A stretch of DNA of 64,000 nt from Candidatus Aenigmatarchaeota archaeon (GCA_038742305.1 JAVYKI010000003.1:181-64180), one strand, 5' to 3'; shown: positions 38,439 through 49,583, counted from the first letter of the stretch. Notes: a model not told the origin generated them from the sequence alone. Program-made: numbers and translations.

Positions 38439-39143
38439 TTAACTGATTTTCCTAGCAAATATTAAAAAACCAGTATGCATTAATCCTTTTGTTTTTGGTC
38501 TTAAACCCTTTTCAGTTTCCCACTCTCTTACAATGTTTTCTACAATTCTTATTTCAGTAAAATTATATTTTTTAATTTCTTCAACATTTTTTTCTAATCC
38601 TATTACGTTTGGAGTATAAACTACTAACCAAGCACCTTTTTTAAGAGCTTTATAAACTTTTTCAATATATTTTTCACTATTTTTTAAATCTAAAACTGCT
38701 AAGTCATAATCTTTTCCTTCAAAATTTTCAAAATTTTCAAATTTTAATTCTATAAATTCTTGAAGTCCAACTTTTTCAATATTTTCTTTTGCAATTTTAT
38801 AAAACCTTTCATCGTTTTCATAAGTATAAATTTTGCAAGGCTTTAAATACCAGCAAAGAAAAATTGTTAAAAAAGCATTTCCAGTTCCAGCTTCTAATAT
38901 TTTTGCTCCTTGTTTTATTCCAGTAAAAGCTAAAATCATTGCAGCATCTTTAGGTAAAATTACTTGAGGTCCTCTTTTTAATTTTTTCATTATATCAAGT
39001 AAATTTGGTTCTACAACGCTAAATTCTATTCCTAGATGAGAGAAAGCTTTATTATCTTCAATTTTTATAATTCCATCTTTTGTATGTATTTCCTTTTCAT
39101 TTTCAATTATATATTTTGATTTTTTTGAAAGTAAAACTTTCAT
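38439..39143 (-). CDS. trmI: tRNA (adenine-N1)-methyltransferase TrmI
   Basis: KRGPQVILPKD, EAGTG, LDL, RP....HTGFLIFARK. Confidence 0.94.
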   Translation of the reverse strand: MKVLLSKKSKYIIENEKEIHTKDGIIKIEDNKAFSHLGIEFSVVEPNLLDIMKKLKRGPQVILPKDAAMILAFTGIKQGAKILEAGTGNAFLTIFLCWYLKPCKIYTYENDERFYKIAKENIEKVGLQEFIELKFENFENFEGKDYDLAVLDLKNSEKYIEKVYKALKKGAWLVVYTPNVIGLEKNVEEIKKYNFTEIRIVENIVREWETEKGLRPKTKGLMHTGFLIFARKIS

Positions 39144-39349
39144 TTCAAAATTATTAAAGTTACGAACAAAACAGCAATAACTATTAGCAATCCAATTATT
39201 ACAGCTTTTTCCGTTCCAATAACTATAGGAAAAGGCCCTATTATTGCTATAAAAGAACTTTCTTTAACTTTTGCTTTAGAAAAAACTGAAATAAGTATTA
39301 AAAAAATTCCTATAAAAATTAATAGCAAACCAATTAATGTTATATCCAT
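39140..39349 (-). CDS. DUF131-like small membrane protein
   Basis: Two TM helices with IIGPFPIVIGT. Confidence 0.8.
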   Translation of the reverse strand: MDITLIGLLLIFIGIFLILISVFSKAKVKESSFIAIIGPFPIVIGTEKAVIIGLLIVIAVLFVTLIILK

Positions 39350-39366
39350 AATTAAGAAGTATATTT

Positions 39367-40338
39367 ATGGCTTACATTTTGCTTAATGCATTTGGCTTTT
39401 TTGCAATAGAAGGAAATAAAATAATAAAGTACAAGCTTTTTTCTAATGCAGAAGAAGCCGCAAGAATTGTAATAGAATGTAAAGAAAGCCAAGAATTAAC
39501 TGAAGAAGAAAAAGAGTTTATTAAAGATTTGGAAAATATTATATTTACTTATCCAAAAAAAGGCTTTAAATACGAAGAAAAGGATTTTAGCGAATTAATA
39601 AACGAATTTGTAAAAGATAAGTTTGATATGAAATATTTGTTGGAATTTTCTGAAAATTACAACATCTTAAAAAGTAGAAAAGAAAAAGATAGAATAGTTA
39701 TAGGCTTAATAACCTTAATTGAAGATAATGAAAAAATAATAAATTTGATGATAGAGAGGTTGAGAAACTTTTATTCTATTTACTATCCGGAATTTGTATT
39801 AAAAGAGCAAAATCATTTGAATTTTTTGAAAAAAGTTTATGAGAATCCTATTAGAACAGAAAAAAGCATGGGAATAAATTTTGAAGAAAAAGAAATTGAA
39901 TTTGTTAAAAGTTATTCAAAACAAATATTAGATTTAATAGAATTTAATCAAAACCTAGAAAAAAGATTAGAGGAATTAGTAAAAGAAATTGCTCCAAACC
40001 TTTATGAATTAGCTGGGTATAAATTAGCTGCAAAACTAATAAAAGGTGCTGGTAGCTTAGAAAAACTTGCAAAAATGGCATCTTCTTCTATTCAATTGTT
40101 AGGAGCTGAAAAAGCTTTATTCAGATATTTAAGAGGTAAAGGTAAACCTCCTAAGCACGGCTATATTTTCTTGCATCCTTTAGTTAATCAAGCACCTAAA
40201 AAGCTTAGAGGAAAAATTTCAAGAGCTTTAGCTTCTCAGCTTTCAAAAGCTGCTAAAATAGATTATTTTAGTAGAAGAATTGAACCAAGCTTAAAAACTC
40301 AATTAGAAGAAAGAATAAAAGAAATTTATTCAGAATGA
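39367..40338 (+). CDS. nop5: C/D box sRNP protein Nop5
   Basis: IAPNL, IQLLGAEKALF, PPKHGYIF, RGKISRALA..AAKID. Confidence 0.95.
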   Translation: MAYILLNAFGFFAIEGNKIIKYKLFSNAEEAARIVIECKESQELTEEEKEFIKDLENIIFTYPKKGFKYEEKDFSELINEFVKDKFDMKYLLEFSENYNILKSRKEKDRIVIGLITLIEDNEKIINLMIERLRNFYSIYYPEFVLKEQNHLNFLKKVYENPIRTEKSMGINFEEKEIEFVKSYSKQILDLIEFNQNLEKRLEELVKEIAPNLYELAGYKLAAKLIKGAGSLEKLAKMASSSIQLLGAEKALFRYLRGKGKPPKHGYIFLHPLVNQAPKKLRGKISRALASQLSKAAKIDYFSRRIEPSLKTQLEERIKEIYSE

Positions 40339-40997
40339 AAATAAAAGAAATTTTTGAAAACGTTTTTAAAATAGAAGGAAATTTATATACTAAAAATTTA
40401 GTTCCTGGAGTTTCTGTTTATGGAGAAAAGCTTTTGAAAATAAATGATGCTGAATATAGGTTTTGGGACCATCTTAGGTCTAAACCAGCTGCTGCAATAA
40501 AGAATGGATTAAAGAATTTTCCTTTAAAGAAAAACATGAGCATTTTATACCTTGGAGCAGCAAGCGGAACAACAGTTTCTCATTTTAGCGATATAATAGA
40601 AAAAGGAATTATTTATGCAATAGAAATAAGCGATGTTCCATTAGTTAAATTGAGAGAAGTTGCAAAGCAAAGAGGAAACATTTTACCAATTTTGGCTGAT
40701 GCAAGAAAGCCTCAAACTTATTCGCACTTTATAATTTCTAAAGTAGATTTAGTTTATTGCGATGTTGCTCAGCCAGACGAGCCAAGAATATTTGTAGACA
40801 ACTTGGAAAAATTTGGAAAAGAAAATTCATACGGAATCATTGCTATAAAATCTAGAAGTATAGATGTTGTAAAGAAGCCAAAAGAAGTTTATAGGGAAGT
40901 AGAAAGTTATTTAAAAGAGAAAGGACTAAAAATTGTTGAAAGAGTAGAATTAGACCCATATCAAAAAGACCATGCACTAATTGTTGTTAAGAAATGA
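40335..40997 (+). CDS. flpA: Fibrillarin-like rRNA/tRNA 2'-O-methyltransferase
   Basis: [33 protein letters not shown]. Confidence 0.97.
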   Translation: MKIKEIFENVFKIEGNLYTKNLVPGVSVYGEKLLKINDAEYRFWDHLRSKPAAAIKNGLKNFPLKKNMSILYLGAASGTTVSHFSDIIEKGIIYAIEISDVPLVKLREVAKQRGNILPILADARKPQTYSHFIISKVDLVYCDVAQPDEPRIFVDNLEKFGKENSYGIIAIKSRSIDVVKKPKEVYREVESYLKEKGLKIVERVELDPYQKDHALIVVKK

Positions 40998-41665
40998 TTA
41001 TAAAAACTGAAAATGTTTGGAAAATTTATAAAATGGATTCAATAGAAGTTGCTGCAATTAGAGGAATATCTTTAAAAATTAAAGAAGGAGAGTTCGTTTC
41101 TATAATGGGACCTTCTGGTTCAGGAAAATCTACTTTGCTTCATTTAATTGGTTGTTTAGACAAACCTACTAAAGGAAAAATCTATATAGAAGGAAAAGAG
41201 ATTTCTAAAATGAGTGAAAATGAATTAGCAAATTTGAGAATGGAAAAAATAGGTTTTGTTTTTCAGTTTTTTAATTTATATCCAACATTAACTGCATTAG
41301 AAAATGTAGAGTTGCCAATGATTATTTCTAAAAAAGATAAAAAAGAAAGAAGAGAAAGAGCAAAAAAGCTTTTAGAATTAGTTGGTTTAAAAGGTTTTGA
41401 AAATCGTTTGCCATCTCAATTATCTGGAGGTCAAAAGCAAAGAGTAGCAATTGCAAGAGCACTAGCAAATAATCCAAAAATAATTTTGGCAGATGAACCA
41501 ACTGGAAATTTAGATTCTAAAAGTGGTAAGGAAATAATGCAATTGCTTAAAAAATTGCAAAAAATTGGAAAAACTATAGTTGTAGTTACTCATAATCCAG
41601 AATTTAAAAAATATTCTGATAGAGTAATATTTATAAAAGACGGTAAAATATTAAAAGAGTTATGA
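40994..41665 (+). CDS. ABC transporter ATP-binding protein (LolD/MacB type)
   Basis: [26 protein letters not shown]. Confidence 0.96.
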   Translation: MIIKTENVWKIYKMDSIEVAAIRGISLKIKEGEFVSIMGPSGSGKSTLLHLIGCLDKPTKGKIYIEGKEISKMSENELANLRMEKIGFVFQFFNLYPTLTALENVELPMIISKKDKKERRERAKKLLELVGLKGFENRLPSQLSGGQKQRVAIARALANNPKIILADEPTGNLDSKSGKEIMQLLKKLQKIGKTIVVVTHNPEFKKYSDRVIFIKDGKILKEL

Positions 41666-42810
41666 AATTAAAAATTTATATTGCAATAATACTATTTCTC
41701 TTTTCTATTTCTTTTTCTCAGCTTCAAGTATTTTCTTTAGTTTATCCTCAAATAATAGTTCCTGGAGCTTCTGGATACATTCAACTATCTTTTAAATCGC
41801 TATTTTCAACTAAAGCAAAACTTTTAAATGTTTTTTCTGACGCTCCTATAAAACTTTTAGGCAATTATACAGATATAGATTTGGGAAATATTTTGCCAAA
41901 CTCAACAATAAACTACTATATAAAATTTAATGTAGACAAGAATGCTAAGCCCGGAAATTATTTAATTTATTTTGTGATTCAAGAATGCAATATAGCTTGT
42001 AATGAATTTGTTGTTTCTTCTTTACTACAAATAAAATCTACTCAAAAAATAGAAATAATATCTATTGAGCCAAATAAAATATATTCTGGAGAAAAAGTTA
42101 ACTTAACTATAAAAATTCAAAATAAAGAAGATTATTCAATAGAAAATGTAGTAGTTACATTAAATTCAACTTTGTTGCTTCCTTTCGGAAAATCTAACAT
42201 CTTTTTTATAAATTCTATAAATTCTAAGAGCATTTACGAATTAAAAGTTCCAATAACAACTTTATCAAATGTTTTTGGAACAGCACCCTTAATAATCAAT
42301 CTTCAATATTTAGATAGCTCTGGAACTATTCAGTATTTAAGTTTTGTTTCTTCAATAGAAATAATTCCAAAAATAGATTTTGATGTTATTTTAACAGAAG
42401 TTTCTTCAAACTCTTTAACTTTGCAAGTAATTAACACAGGCTACTTTCAGGCAAATTCAGTTATATTAAAGATTGAAAATGCAAGTATTTTTCCAAATAG
42501 TTATAGTCTAGGAAACTTATTGCCCGGAGACTATTCTTCAGTAACTATTGAATTACCTAAGAATTTAAACATTTCTACTTTAAAAATAAAAATAGATTTT
42601 ACAGATACATTAGGATATAGAAAAAGCATTGAAAAAGAATTGTTTTTACCAAGCTTTGGAAAAACAATTGAAGAAGAAACAAAAGGAGAAAGCTATCAAA
42701 GCAGAATTAATAATTCATTTTTCTCAATAAGCTATATAGTTTTAGGAATATTAGGAATAATTCTTATAATTTTAATCTTTAGGTCTATTTTGAAAAAAGG
42801 TAAAAAATGA
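41662..42810 (+). CDS. COG1361-like S-layer/Ig-domain protein
   Basis: Signal peptide, repeated Ig-like domains, C-terminal TM with basic tail; lies between ABC ATPase and permease. Confidence 0.8.
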   Translation: MKLKIYIAIILFLFSISFSQLQVFSLVYPQIIVPGASGYIQLSFKSLFSTKAKLLNVFSDAPIKLLGNYTDIDLGNILPNSTINYYIKFNVDKNAKPGNYLIYFVIQECNIACNEFVVSSLLQIKSTQKIEIISIEPNKIYSGEKVNLTIKIQNKEDYSIENVVVTLNSTLLLPFGKSNIFFINSINSKSIYELKVPITTLSNVFGTAPLIINLQYLDSSGTIQYLSFVSSIEIIPKIDFDVILTEVSSNSLTLQVINTGYFQANSVILKIENASIFPNSYSLGNLLPGDYSSVTIELPKNLNISTLKIKIDFTDTLGYRKSIEKELFLPSFGKTIEEETKGESYQSRINNSFFSISYIVLGILGIILIILIFRSILKKGKK

Positions 42811-44051
42811 AATTTTCAGATATAATTTTTTTAGCACTTAAAAATCTTTCTCATAGAAGTTTAAGAAGTTGGCTAACTATACTAGGAATAGTTATTGGAA
42901 TAGCAACAGTTATTACTATGTTATCTATAGGCGAAGGATTTAGAAAAAGTGTTACTTCTCAATTACTTTCAGTTTTTGGGCACGATATAATAATGATTTT
43001 TCCAGGAACAGTAAGAGAAGGAGGTTTTGCAAGCTTAATGAGATTAATAGCAAACGTTAGATCAACTCCTATTTTTACAGATAGAGATATAAATGCTCTA
43101 AAAAATATAGAAGAGGTTTTGCTTGCTCAAGGAGAAATTATTACTGGCTCTATAGCAAAATTTAAAGGAGAAACTATACCGATAACTATTAGAGGAGTAG
43201 ATACATCTATTTGGAAATCTTTTGTTAATGTTGAAATAGGGGAAGGAAGAAATTTTTATCCGAATGAAAAAAAGAGTATAATATTAGGATATAGAGCAGC
43301 TACAGAACTTTTTAAAGAAAAAGTAAATGTTGGAGACTATATAACAATAAACGACAAAAAATTTAAAGTTATTGGAATATTAAAATCTTCTGGACTTCAG
43401 ATGGGAATAATAGACAACGTTGTTTTTATGAATATAGAAGATGCTAGAGAAATTGCAAACCTTCAAAAAAATCAGTTTCACTTTATTCAAGTTAAAGTTA
43501 AGGAAACAAAAAATTTAGAAGAAACTTCTAAAAAAATAGAAGCAGCACTTTTAATTGCTAGAAAAGAAAAAGAAGATAAAAAAACATTTACAGTACTTTC
43601 TCCGCAGCAAATAGCAAATGCAATTGTAGAAATAATAAATTCTATAAACTTCTTTTTAAGCACAATAGCAGCAATTTCTTTATTAGTTGGAAGTATAGGG
43701 ATTTCTAATACAATGTTTACAGCAGTTTTAGAAAGAACAAGAGAAATAGGAACTTTAAAAGCTTTAGGAGCGAAGAATTTCGATATTTTAAAACTTTTTA
43801 TTACTGAATCAGTATTGCTAGGATTAATTGGAGGATTAATAGGAATATTTTTAAGCTTTATTTTTGTTGGAATAATAAATTTTTACGGAATTAGGAGCAC
43901 ATTTTCTGAAAATCCTCAAACGGCAATAATAACTTTAGATTTAATATTTTTCGGAATTTTAATTTCAACTTTATTGGGAGCAATTTCTGGCTATTTTCCA
44001 GCTAGAAGAGCAGCTAAATTAGAGCCTGTTGAAGCATTAAGATATGAATAA
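42807..44051 (+). CDS. ABC transporter permease (MacB/FtsX type)
   Basis: RSWLTILGIVIG, ERTREIGTLKALGA, PARRAAKLEPVEALRYE. Confidence 0.96.
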   Translation: MKFSDIIFLALKNLSHRSLRSWLTILGIVIGIATVITMLSIGEGFRKSVTSQLLSVFGHDIIMIFPGTVREGGFASLMRLIANVRSTPIFTDRDINALKNIEEVLLAQGEIITGSIAKFKGETIPITIRGVDTSIWKSFVNVEIGEGRNFYPNEKKSIILGYRAATELFKEKVNVGDYITINDKKFKVIGILKSSGLQMGIIDNVVFMNIEDAREIANLQKNQFHFIQVKVKETKNLEETSKKIEAALLIARKEKEDKKTFTVLSPQQIANAIVEIINSINFFLSTIAAISLLVGSIGISNTMFTAVLERTREIGTLKALGAKNFDILKLFITESVLLGLIGGLIGIFLSFIFVGIINFYGIRSTFSENPQTAIITLDLIFFGILISTLLGAISGYFPARRAAKLEPVEALRYE

Positions 44052-44052
44052 A

Positions 44053-44799
44053 TTATTCAACAGCTCTTGGAGCTACTACAAATTCTAGTATTAATTTATC
44101 AGTTTCTTTGAAAGTTAATTTTATTGGATAATCTGTTGCCCATTCTATTGTTACAGTTTCAGCAACTTTTGCAACTTTGCTCATTGCAACTAAATAATCT
44201 ACAGGATATCTTGCCCTACTTTCTTCTTCTGCATTTAAATCCAGCAAAATATCTTGCCCCTTTTCAATTTCAATTTCTAGGTTGCTTAGTTCTCCAAAGG
44301 CTGAAAATTTTAAAATATTTCCATCTGTATAAACTTCTATTTCATCTGCTATTTGCTTTGCATCATCTAAAATTTTCTTAAATCCTTCGCTTTGCAATTC
44401 AGCTTTTGCTTTAAAAGTTAAAGTATCAATATTTGGAATTTCTTCTTCGCTTAAAGTTAATACTGGCAAAGCAAATTTTCTTCTTGCAGAATTTTGGAAT
44501 TCTACAATAAACTTATTACCTTCAGTATACATTACTGTTTTATCTCTTTTTGTCCCTCTTTTTAATACAGTAGCTAATTCATCTAAATTTAATCCTACTT
44601 GCTCTTTTTCTACTTCAAACTCTTCAAAGGCTAAAGGCAATATATGCAATCTTATAACGCTTATCATTGCTTTATCTGCTGCTGTAAAATAAAGTCCCTT
44701 ATCCTTTTCAAACTTTAGTACTCCTTCTTCGACTAGCTTTACTATGCTACTAAAAACATCTTTTAAAGTGTTTGTTTCATAAGTACTTACTTTAAACAT
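44053..44799 (-). CDS. pcn: DNA sliding clamp PCNA
   Basis: LVEEG..AADKAMIS, ARYPVDYL, DYPIKL, VAPR. Confidence 0.93.
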   Translation of the reverse strand: MFKVSTYETNTLKDVFSSIVKLVEEGVLKFEKDKGLYFTAADKAMISVIRLHILPLAFEEFEVEKEQVGLNLDELATVLKRGTKRDKTVMYTEGNKFIVEFQNSARRKFALPVLTLSEEEIPNIDTLTFKAKAELQSEGFKKILDDAKQIADEIEVYTDGNILKFSAFGELSNLEIEIEKGQDILLDLNAEEESRARYPVDYLVAMSKVAKVAETVTIEWATDYPIKLTFKETDKLILEFVVAPRAVE

Positions 44800-44818
44800 A
44801 ATATTAGAAAATTTAAAT

Positions 44819-45100
44819 TTATAAAAGTTTTTCTATTTCTCTTAAATAACTTTTAAAAAATTCTTTATCTTCTAATTTATTAACGAAATCTATTACAAAC
44901 TCATCCTTATTTTTGCTAAAGAAAAATCTTACAAATTCATTTGGTACTAATTTAAAAATTGATAAAAACTTTATTTTTGGATTTTCTTCAAAAATCACTT
45001 CATTATCTATTACATCTAAAACAGTTCCATAGCTCATATATTTGCCATCTTCCAAATTTTCATTTACATCTTCTAGCTTTATATATTTGTATTTATTCAT
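44819..45100 (-). CDS. Small OB-fold-like protein (possibly RPA3-like)
   Basis: 93 aa from ATG 45100; YGTVLDV..FVRFF beta pattern with C-terminal helix; lies between tfs and pcn. Confidence 0.5.
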   Translation of the reverse strand: MNKYKYIKLEDVNENLEDGKYMSYGTVLDVIDNEVIFEENPKIKFLSIFKLVPNEFVRFFFSKNKDEFVIDFVNKLEDKEFFKSYLREIEKLL

Positions 45101-45419
45101 AACTTCTCCAAGTATAATTACATTTAGTACACTTATAAAAAACTGTTGGTGGCTCATCCGCGCTTCTTGTTTGTTGCATCCACCAGAAAGCCTTATCATT
45201 TCCACATTTGGGACAAATAACATTTGTTACTGGCAAACTTTCTTTTTCTTCTTTAGCAGAAATTACTATTGCTTCCTTTTTTTCTTCTTTTATTCCACTA
45301 GAAACAATTAAACTTTTTTTAGCTTCAGTTTTATAGTTACATTTTCTACAAACTAAATAATTTTTTCCCTTTTCCTTTTTTGGAAATAATAAGTTTCCAC
45401 ATTTTGGGCAGGTTAACAT
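45093..45419 (-). CDS. tfs: Transcription factor S (TFS)
   Basis: Two Zn ribbons; QTRSADEPPTVFYKC. Confidence 0.96.
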   Translation of the reverse strand: MLTCPKCGNLLFPKKEKGKNYLVCRKCNYKTEAKKSLIVSSGIKEEKKEAIVISAKEEKESLPVTNVICPKCGNDKAFWWMQQTRSADEPPTVFYKCTKCNYTWRSYE

Positions 45420-45454
45420 TTTAAAAATATAGCTTATTTTATATTTAAGCCTTT

Positions 45455-45955
45455 CTATATGCCTAACAAGTAATAAATCAATACTCTAACATATCCTATT
45501 TTTGGAAGAACAAAAACAACTTTACTAATTATTCTTTCTTTTTCAACTTTTTCCTCATTAATGCAGCCAGTTAAAAATCCTAAATTGTTATCGCCTTTAA
45601 TAGCATAGTAAGAATCATATTTGTAAACTATTCTATGAGATATTGGCACATTTCCGCAGCCTCTATAAAGCACTATATCACCAATATTATAGTTATCACT
45701 CTTTATTGCTACTAGAACATCTCCAACTTTAAATCCATACTTAAAAGGCCAAGAATTTATATATTCTCTAGTATAATTATATTTTTTTTCTAAAAAAGAG
45801 TAATGCTTTATTTCGATATCTTCTCTATGCTCCATAGAACTAGAAACAACAGCGGTTAATTCGATTCCTATAATTTCAGGCAAGATAATTTTCATAACAA
45901 GAAATGCTATTAAAAAAGTAATGAAAAATTCTAGAATTTCTTTTCCTAAATCCAT
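45455..45955 (-). CDS. Signal peptidase I (S26, archaeal type)
   Basis: VVSSSME, GDV, ISHRIV, KGDNN, PKIG. Confidence 0.9.
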   Translation of the reverse strand: MDLGKEILEFFITFLIAFLVMKIILPEIIGIELTAVVSSSMEHREDIEIKHYSFLEKKYNYTREYINSWPFKYGFKVGDVLVAIKSDNYNIGDIVLYRGCGNVPISHRIVYKYDSYYAIKGDNNLGFLTGCINEEKVEKERIISKVVFVLPKIGYVRVLIYYLLGI

Positions 45956-45987
45956 TAAATATTTAAATATTTTAGTTAAATAGATTT

Positions 45988-47262
45988 ATGCCGGCAAAAC
46001 CACACTTAAACTTAGTAATAGTAGGGCATGTAGACCAAGGAAAGTCAACTTTAGCAGGAAGACTATTTTACGAAACAGGAGCTATAAGAGAAGATGAGTT
46101 AAGAAAGTTAAGAGAACTAGCTCAAGAATTTAAAATAGAAGGAGGAGAGTTTGCTTACATTTTGGATAGAGAGATAGAAGAAAGGAAGAGAGGAATGACA
46201 ATTGATATAGCTCATAGACCGTTTGAAACTCAAAAGTATTACTTTACAATAATAGATGCTCCAGGCCATAGAGATTTTGTAAAGAACATGATTACAGGAG
46301 CAAGTCAAGCAGACGCAGCAATATTAGTAGTTTCTGCAAAACCTGGAGAAGGAATTCAAGAACAAACAAAAGAGCATGCATATTTGTTAAGAGTATTAGG
46401 AATAAATCAATTAATAGTAGCTATAACAAAGATGGATACTGTTAATTATGATGAAAAAAGATTTAATGAACTAAAAGAGCAAGTAATAAACTTATTAAAA
46501 CCATTAGGATTTCCTGTAGATAAAATACCAGTAATTCCAGTAGCAGCTCAAGTAGGAGAAAACATAACTAAAAGAAGTGAAAAAATGCCATGGTATAAAG
46601 GACCTTGCTTAGTAGAGGCATTAGACCAATTACAAGTTCCTCCAAGGCCAGTTGACAAGCCACTAAGAATTCCTATTCAAGATGTATTTAGCATTAGCGG
46701 AGTAGGTACTGTTCCAGTAGGTAAAGTTGAAAGCGGAAGATTAAAAGTAGGAGATACAGTAGTTTTCGAACCTCCAGGAGTAAAGGGAGAAGTAAGAAGT
46801 ATTGAAATGCATCATCAACCAATGCAAGAAGCTTTGCCAGGAGATAATATAGGATTTAATGTAAGAGGAGTAGCAAAAACAGATATTAGAAGAGGAGATG
46901 TTGCAGGCCATCCGAATGCTCCTCCAACTGTGGCAAAAGAGTTCATAGCACAAGTAATAATATTAAACCATCCAACATCTATAGCAGCAGGTTATACTCC
47001 AGTATTCCATATTCATACTGCAACAGTTGCTGGAAGAATTGTTGAAATAATAGCAAAAATAGACCCAAAAAGCGGGCAAGTAGTTCAAGAAAAGCCAGAA
47101 TTTATTAAAGTTGGAGATGCAGCAAGAATAAGAGTTCAACCATTAAAGCCAGTAGTAGTAGAAAAGTTTTCAGAATTTCCAGCATTAGGAAGGTTTGCAA
47201 TAAGAGATATGGGAATTACAGTAGGAGCAGGAATTGTTTTAGACGTTGTAAAAGCCAAATAA
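45988..47262 (+). CDS. tuf: Elongation factor 1-alpha
   Basis: GHVDQGKST, DAPGHRDFVKNMITG, TKMD, GRFAIRDMG. Confidence 0.99.
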   Translation: MPAKPHLNLVIVGHVDQGKSTLAGRLFYETGAIREDELRKLRELAQEFKIEGGEFAYILDREIEERKRGMTIDIAHRPFETQKYYFTIIDAPGHRDFVKNMITGASQADAAILVVSAKPGEGIQEQTKEHAYLLRVLGINQLIVAITKMDTVNYDEKRFNELKEQVINLLKPLGFPVDKIPVIPVAAQVGENITKRSEKMPWYKGPCLVEALDQLQVPPRPVDKPLRIPIQDVFSISGVGTVPVGKVESGRLKVGDTVVFEPPGVKGEVRSIEMHHQPMQEALPGDNIGFNVRGVAKTDIRRGDVAGHPNAPPTVAKEFIAQVIILNHPTSIAAGYTPVFHIHTATVAGRIVEIIAKIDPKSGQVVQEKPEFIKVGDAARIRVQPLKPVVVEKFSEFPALGRFAIRDMGITVGAGIVLDVVKAK

Positions 47263-47290
47263 TTTTTTTCCTGTTTTTTATTTATTTTTA
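47263..47290 (+). terminator. Oligo(T) archaeal terminator after tuf
   Basis: T7 run and further T tracts directly after the stop codon. Confidence 0.5.
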
Positions 47291-47318
47291 ACTCTATATT
47301 TATTAAATTTATATTTTT

Positions 47319-48011
47319 ATGGTTTGGACGAAAAGGTTAGCAGCACCAAAAATATGGCCTATAGAAAGGAAAAAGTTTAAATATGCAGTTACTCCTTTAC
47401 CTGGACCGCATTCAAAAGATTTTTCTATACCTTTAGCTATAATTATAAGAGATATTTTAGGCTATGCGGAAAACTTAAAAGAGGCTAAAAAAATAATTCA
47501 TTCAGGAAAAATTAAAGTTGACGGAAGAGTAGTTAAAGAATATAGATTTCCAGTTGGATTGTTTGACACAATTTCTATTGAAGAAATTAATGAATATTAT
47601 AGAGTTTTACCTCACAAAAAAGGTTTAAAATTAGAAAAAATAGATGAAAATGAAGCAAAATTAAAAATAGTTAGAGTTAAAAAGAAAACTCAAGTTTCAA
47701 AAAACAAATATCAATTAACTTTTCATGATGGAAAAAATGTTTTGGTTGAAGATAATTCAATAAAACCTTATGACTCTCTCTTAATAGAATTACCAAATTT
47801 AAAAATAAAGAAGCATATAAAATTTGAAGAAGGAAAAATAGGTTTAATAGTTAAAGGAGAAAATGCTGGTAGCTATGGAGAAATTAAAAAAATACATAAA
47901 GGGGGTTTTAATAGGGCATGGTTAGTTGAAATAGATGTAGGAAATAAAGTAATAACTGATAGAAAAAATATTTTTGTTGTCGGGGAAAAAGAACCATTAA
48001 TAAAATTATGA
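47319..48011 (+). CDS. rps4e: 30S ribosomal protein S4e
   Basis: KRLAAPKIW, PGPH, VDGRV..FPVGLFD, HDGKN. Confidence 0.97.
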   Translation: MVWTKRLAAPKIWPIERKKFKYAVTPLPGPHSKDFSIPLAIIIRDILGYAENLKEAKKIIHSGKIKVDGRVVKEYRFPVGLFDTISIEEINEYYRVLPHKKGLKLEKIDENEAKLKIVRVKKKTQVSKNKYQLTFHDGKNVLVEDNSIKPYDSLLIELPNLKIKKHIKFEEGKIGLIVKGENAGSYGEIKKIHKGGFNRAWLVEIDVGNKVITDRKNIFVVGEKEPLIKL

Positions 48012-48514
48012 ATCAAAAGCTTCAAAATCCAATGAGGCAAAAAATATTTGTAGAAAAAGTAGTTTTGAATATAGGCTGCGGAGCTGATGCTGAAAAAATT
48101 GAAAAAGCAAAAGAAATTTTAGCTAGAATTACAGGAAAAAAACCTGTAATAACATATTCTAGAAAAAGGTCTACTTTTGGAGTACCAAAAGGAAAACCTA
48201 TTGGGGTAAAAGTTACTTTAAGAAAAAAAGAAGCAGAAGAATTTTTGGAAAAAGTATTCAAAGTTTATAATTATAAAATTCCGTCTAGAGTTTTTGACGA
48301 TTGGGGAAACTTTAGTTTGGGAATTCAAAAATATTTTGATTTGCCTGGAGTAAAGTATGACCATAAAATAGGAGTTTTAGGAATGGATGTTTGCGTTTCA
48401 CTAAGAAGGCCAGGAGCATATTTAAAGGACGGAACTCTTTCTAGAAAGCAAAGAGTTACAAAAGAAGAAGCAATAGAATTTATTAAGAAAAGATTTAATG
48501 TAGAAGTTTATTAA
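48008..48514 (+). CDS. rpl5: 50S ribosomal protein L5
   Basis: NPMR, EKVVLNIGCG, PIGVKVTLR, FDDWGNFSLG, RPG. Confidence 0.97.
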   Translation: MNQKLQNPMRQKIFVEKVVLNIGCGADAEKIEKAKEILARITGKKPVITYSRKRSTFGVPKGKPIGVKVTLRKKEAEEFLEKVFKVYNYKIPSRVFDDWGNFSLGIQKYFDLPGVKYDHKIGVLGMDVCVSLRRPGAYLKDGTLSRKQRVTKEEAIEFIKKRFNVEVY

Positions 48515-48960
48515 TGCTAATTTTAGAAATTTTAAAAAGCAAATATTGTCAAATAGTTTTCTTAATTTCATTAGTTATAGGGTATTTTTTAGTTCCTCCT
48601 TCTGTATTTGCTTCTGATAAATTTTATTTTGGCTATATTTTTATAATAACTTTTGCTTTAGTCGTTACTTGCTTAGTTAGAGGAATAAAAGAAAGAATAA
48701 AATCTTTCAAAACTTATGGAGCAATAGGATTAGCTAGTTTATCTTCTCTTATAGCCTACCTTTCTTTACAAGTTTGTGGAATAGGCTCTCTTTGTATAAA
48801 TATAGGAATTGGAATTTTAAGCTTATTACCTTCTTCAATCTTACCAATAGTTTATCATAATTACGAAATAATTTTTGCTTTTTCAATAGCTTTACAAATA
48901 TTTACTTTATATTTAATGGGTTGCTTTAAAAAATTTTCTATAAAAACAATTAAAATATAA
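48514..48960 (+). CDS. Four-TM membrane protein with a Cys pair
   Basis: Hydrophobic helices, QVCGIGSLC; TAATG coupling to rpl5. Confidence 0.7.
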   Translation: MLILEILKSKYCQIVFLISLVIGYFLVPPSVFASDKFYFGYIFIITFALVVTCLVRGIKERIKSFKTYGAIGLASLSSLIAYLSLQVCGIGSLCINIGIGILSLLPSSILPIVYHNYEIIFAFSIALQIFTLYLMGCFKKFSIKTIKI

Positions 48961-48977
48961 TATAACAATGTTATATT

Positions 48978-49583
48978 ATGGAAGAAATAAAGCCAATAGA
49001 TTTCAAAAAGGAAAGACCTCAACTATTTCAAATGAAGGGGATTTCTGCAAAAACTATAGAAGAACATTTAAAGCTTTATGAAGGTTATGTAAGTAAGTTT
49101 AACGAAATAACTAAGAAAATTAAAGAATTGAGCGAAGAAGAGTTTGAAAAAGCAAATCCTACTTACTCTTTGATAAGAGCTCTTAAAGTTGAACTAACAA
49201 GGGCTTATGGAGGAATGATTAATCATGAAATCTATTTTGGGCATTTAGGCGGAAACGGAGGAAAACCTGGAGGAAAATTAGCAGACCAGATAAATAAGGA
49301 TTTTGGTTCTTTTGAAAAATTCTTGAAAGAAATTAAAGCGACAGCTTTAGCTGCTAGAGGTTGGGCTTGGTTAGTATGGTCTTTTCCTTTAGAAAAATTA
49401 TTTGTTACAATTGGAGATGAACAAAATGTTTACATGTTTCAAAATTCTGTAATTATATTAGCATTAGATATGTTTGAGCACGCATATTTTTTAGATTATG
49501 GAACTAATAGAAAAGGATATGTGGAAGCCTTCTTTGATAACTTAGATTGGGAAGTTGTTGAGAAAAACTTTGAAAAAATTTAA
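48978..49583 (+). CDS. sod: Fe/Mn superoxide dismutase
   Basis: EEH, NHEIYF, GWAWL, DMFEHAYFLDY. Confidence 0.95.
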   Translation: MEEIKPIDFKKERPQLFQMKGISAKTIEEHLKLYEGYVSKFNEITKKIKELSEEEFEKANPTYSLIRALKVELTRAYGGMINHEIYFGHLGGNGGKPGGKLADQINKDFGSFEKFLKEIKATALAARGWAWLVWSFPLEKLFVTIGDEQNVYMFQNSVIILALDMFEHAYFLDYGTNRKGYVEAFFDNLDWEVVEKNFEKI

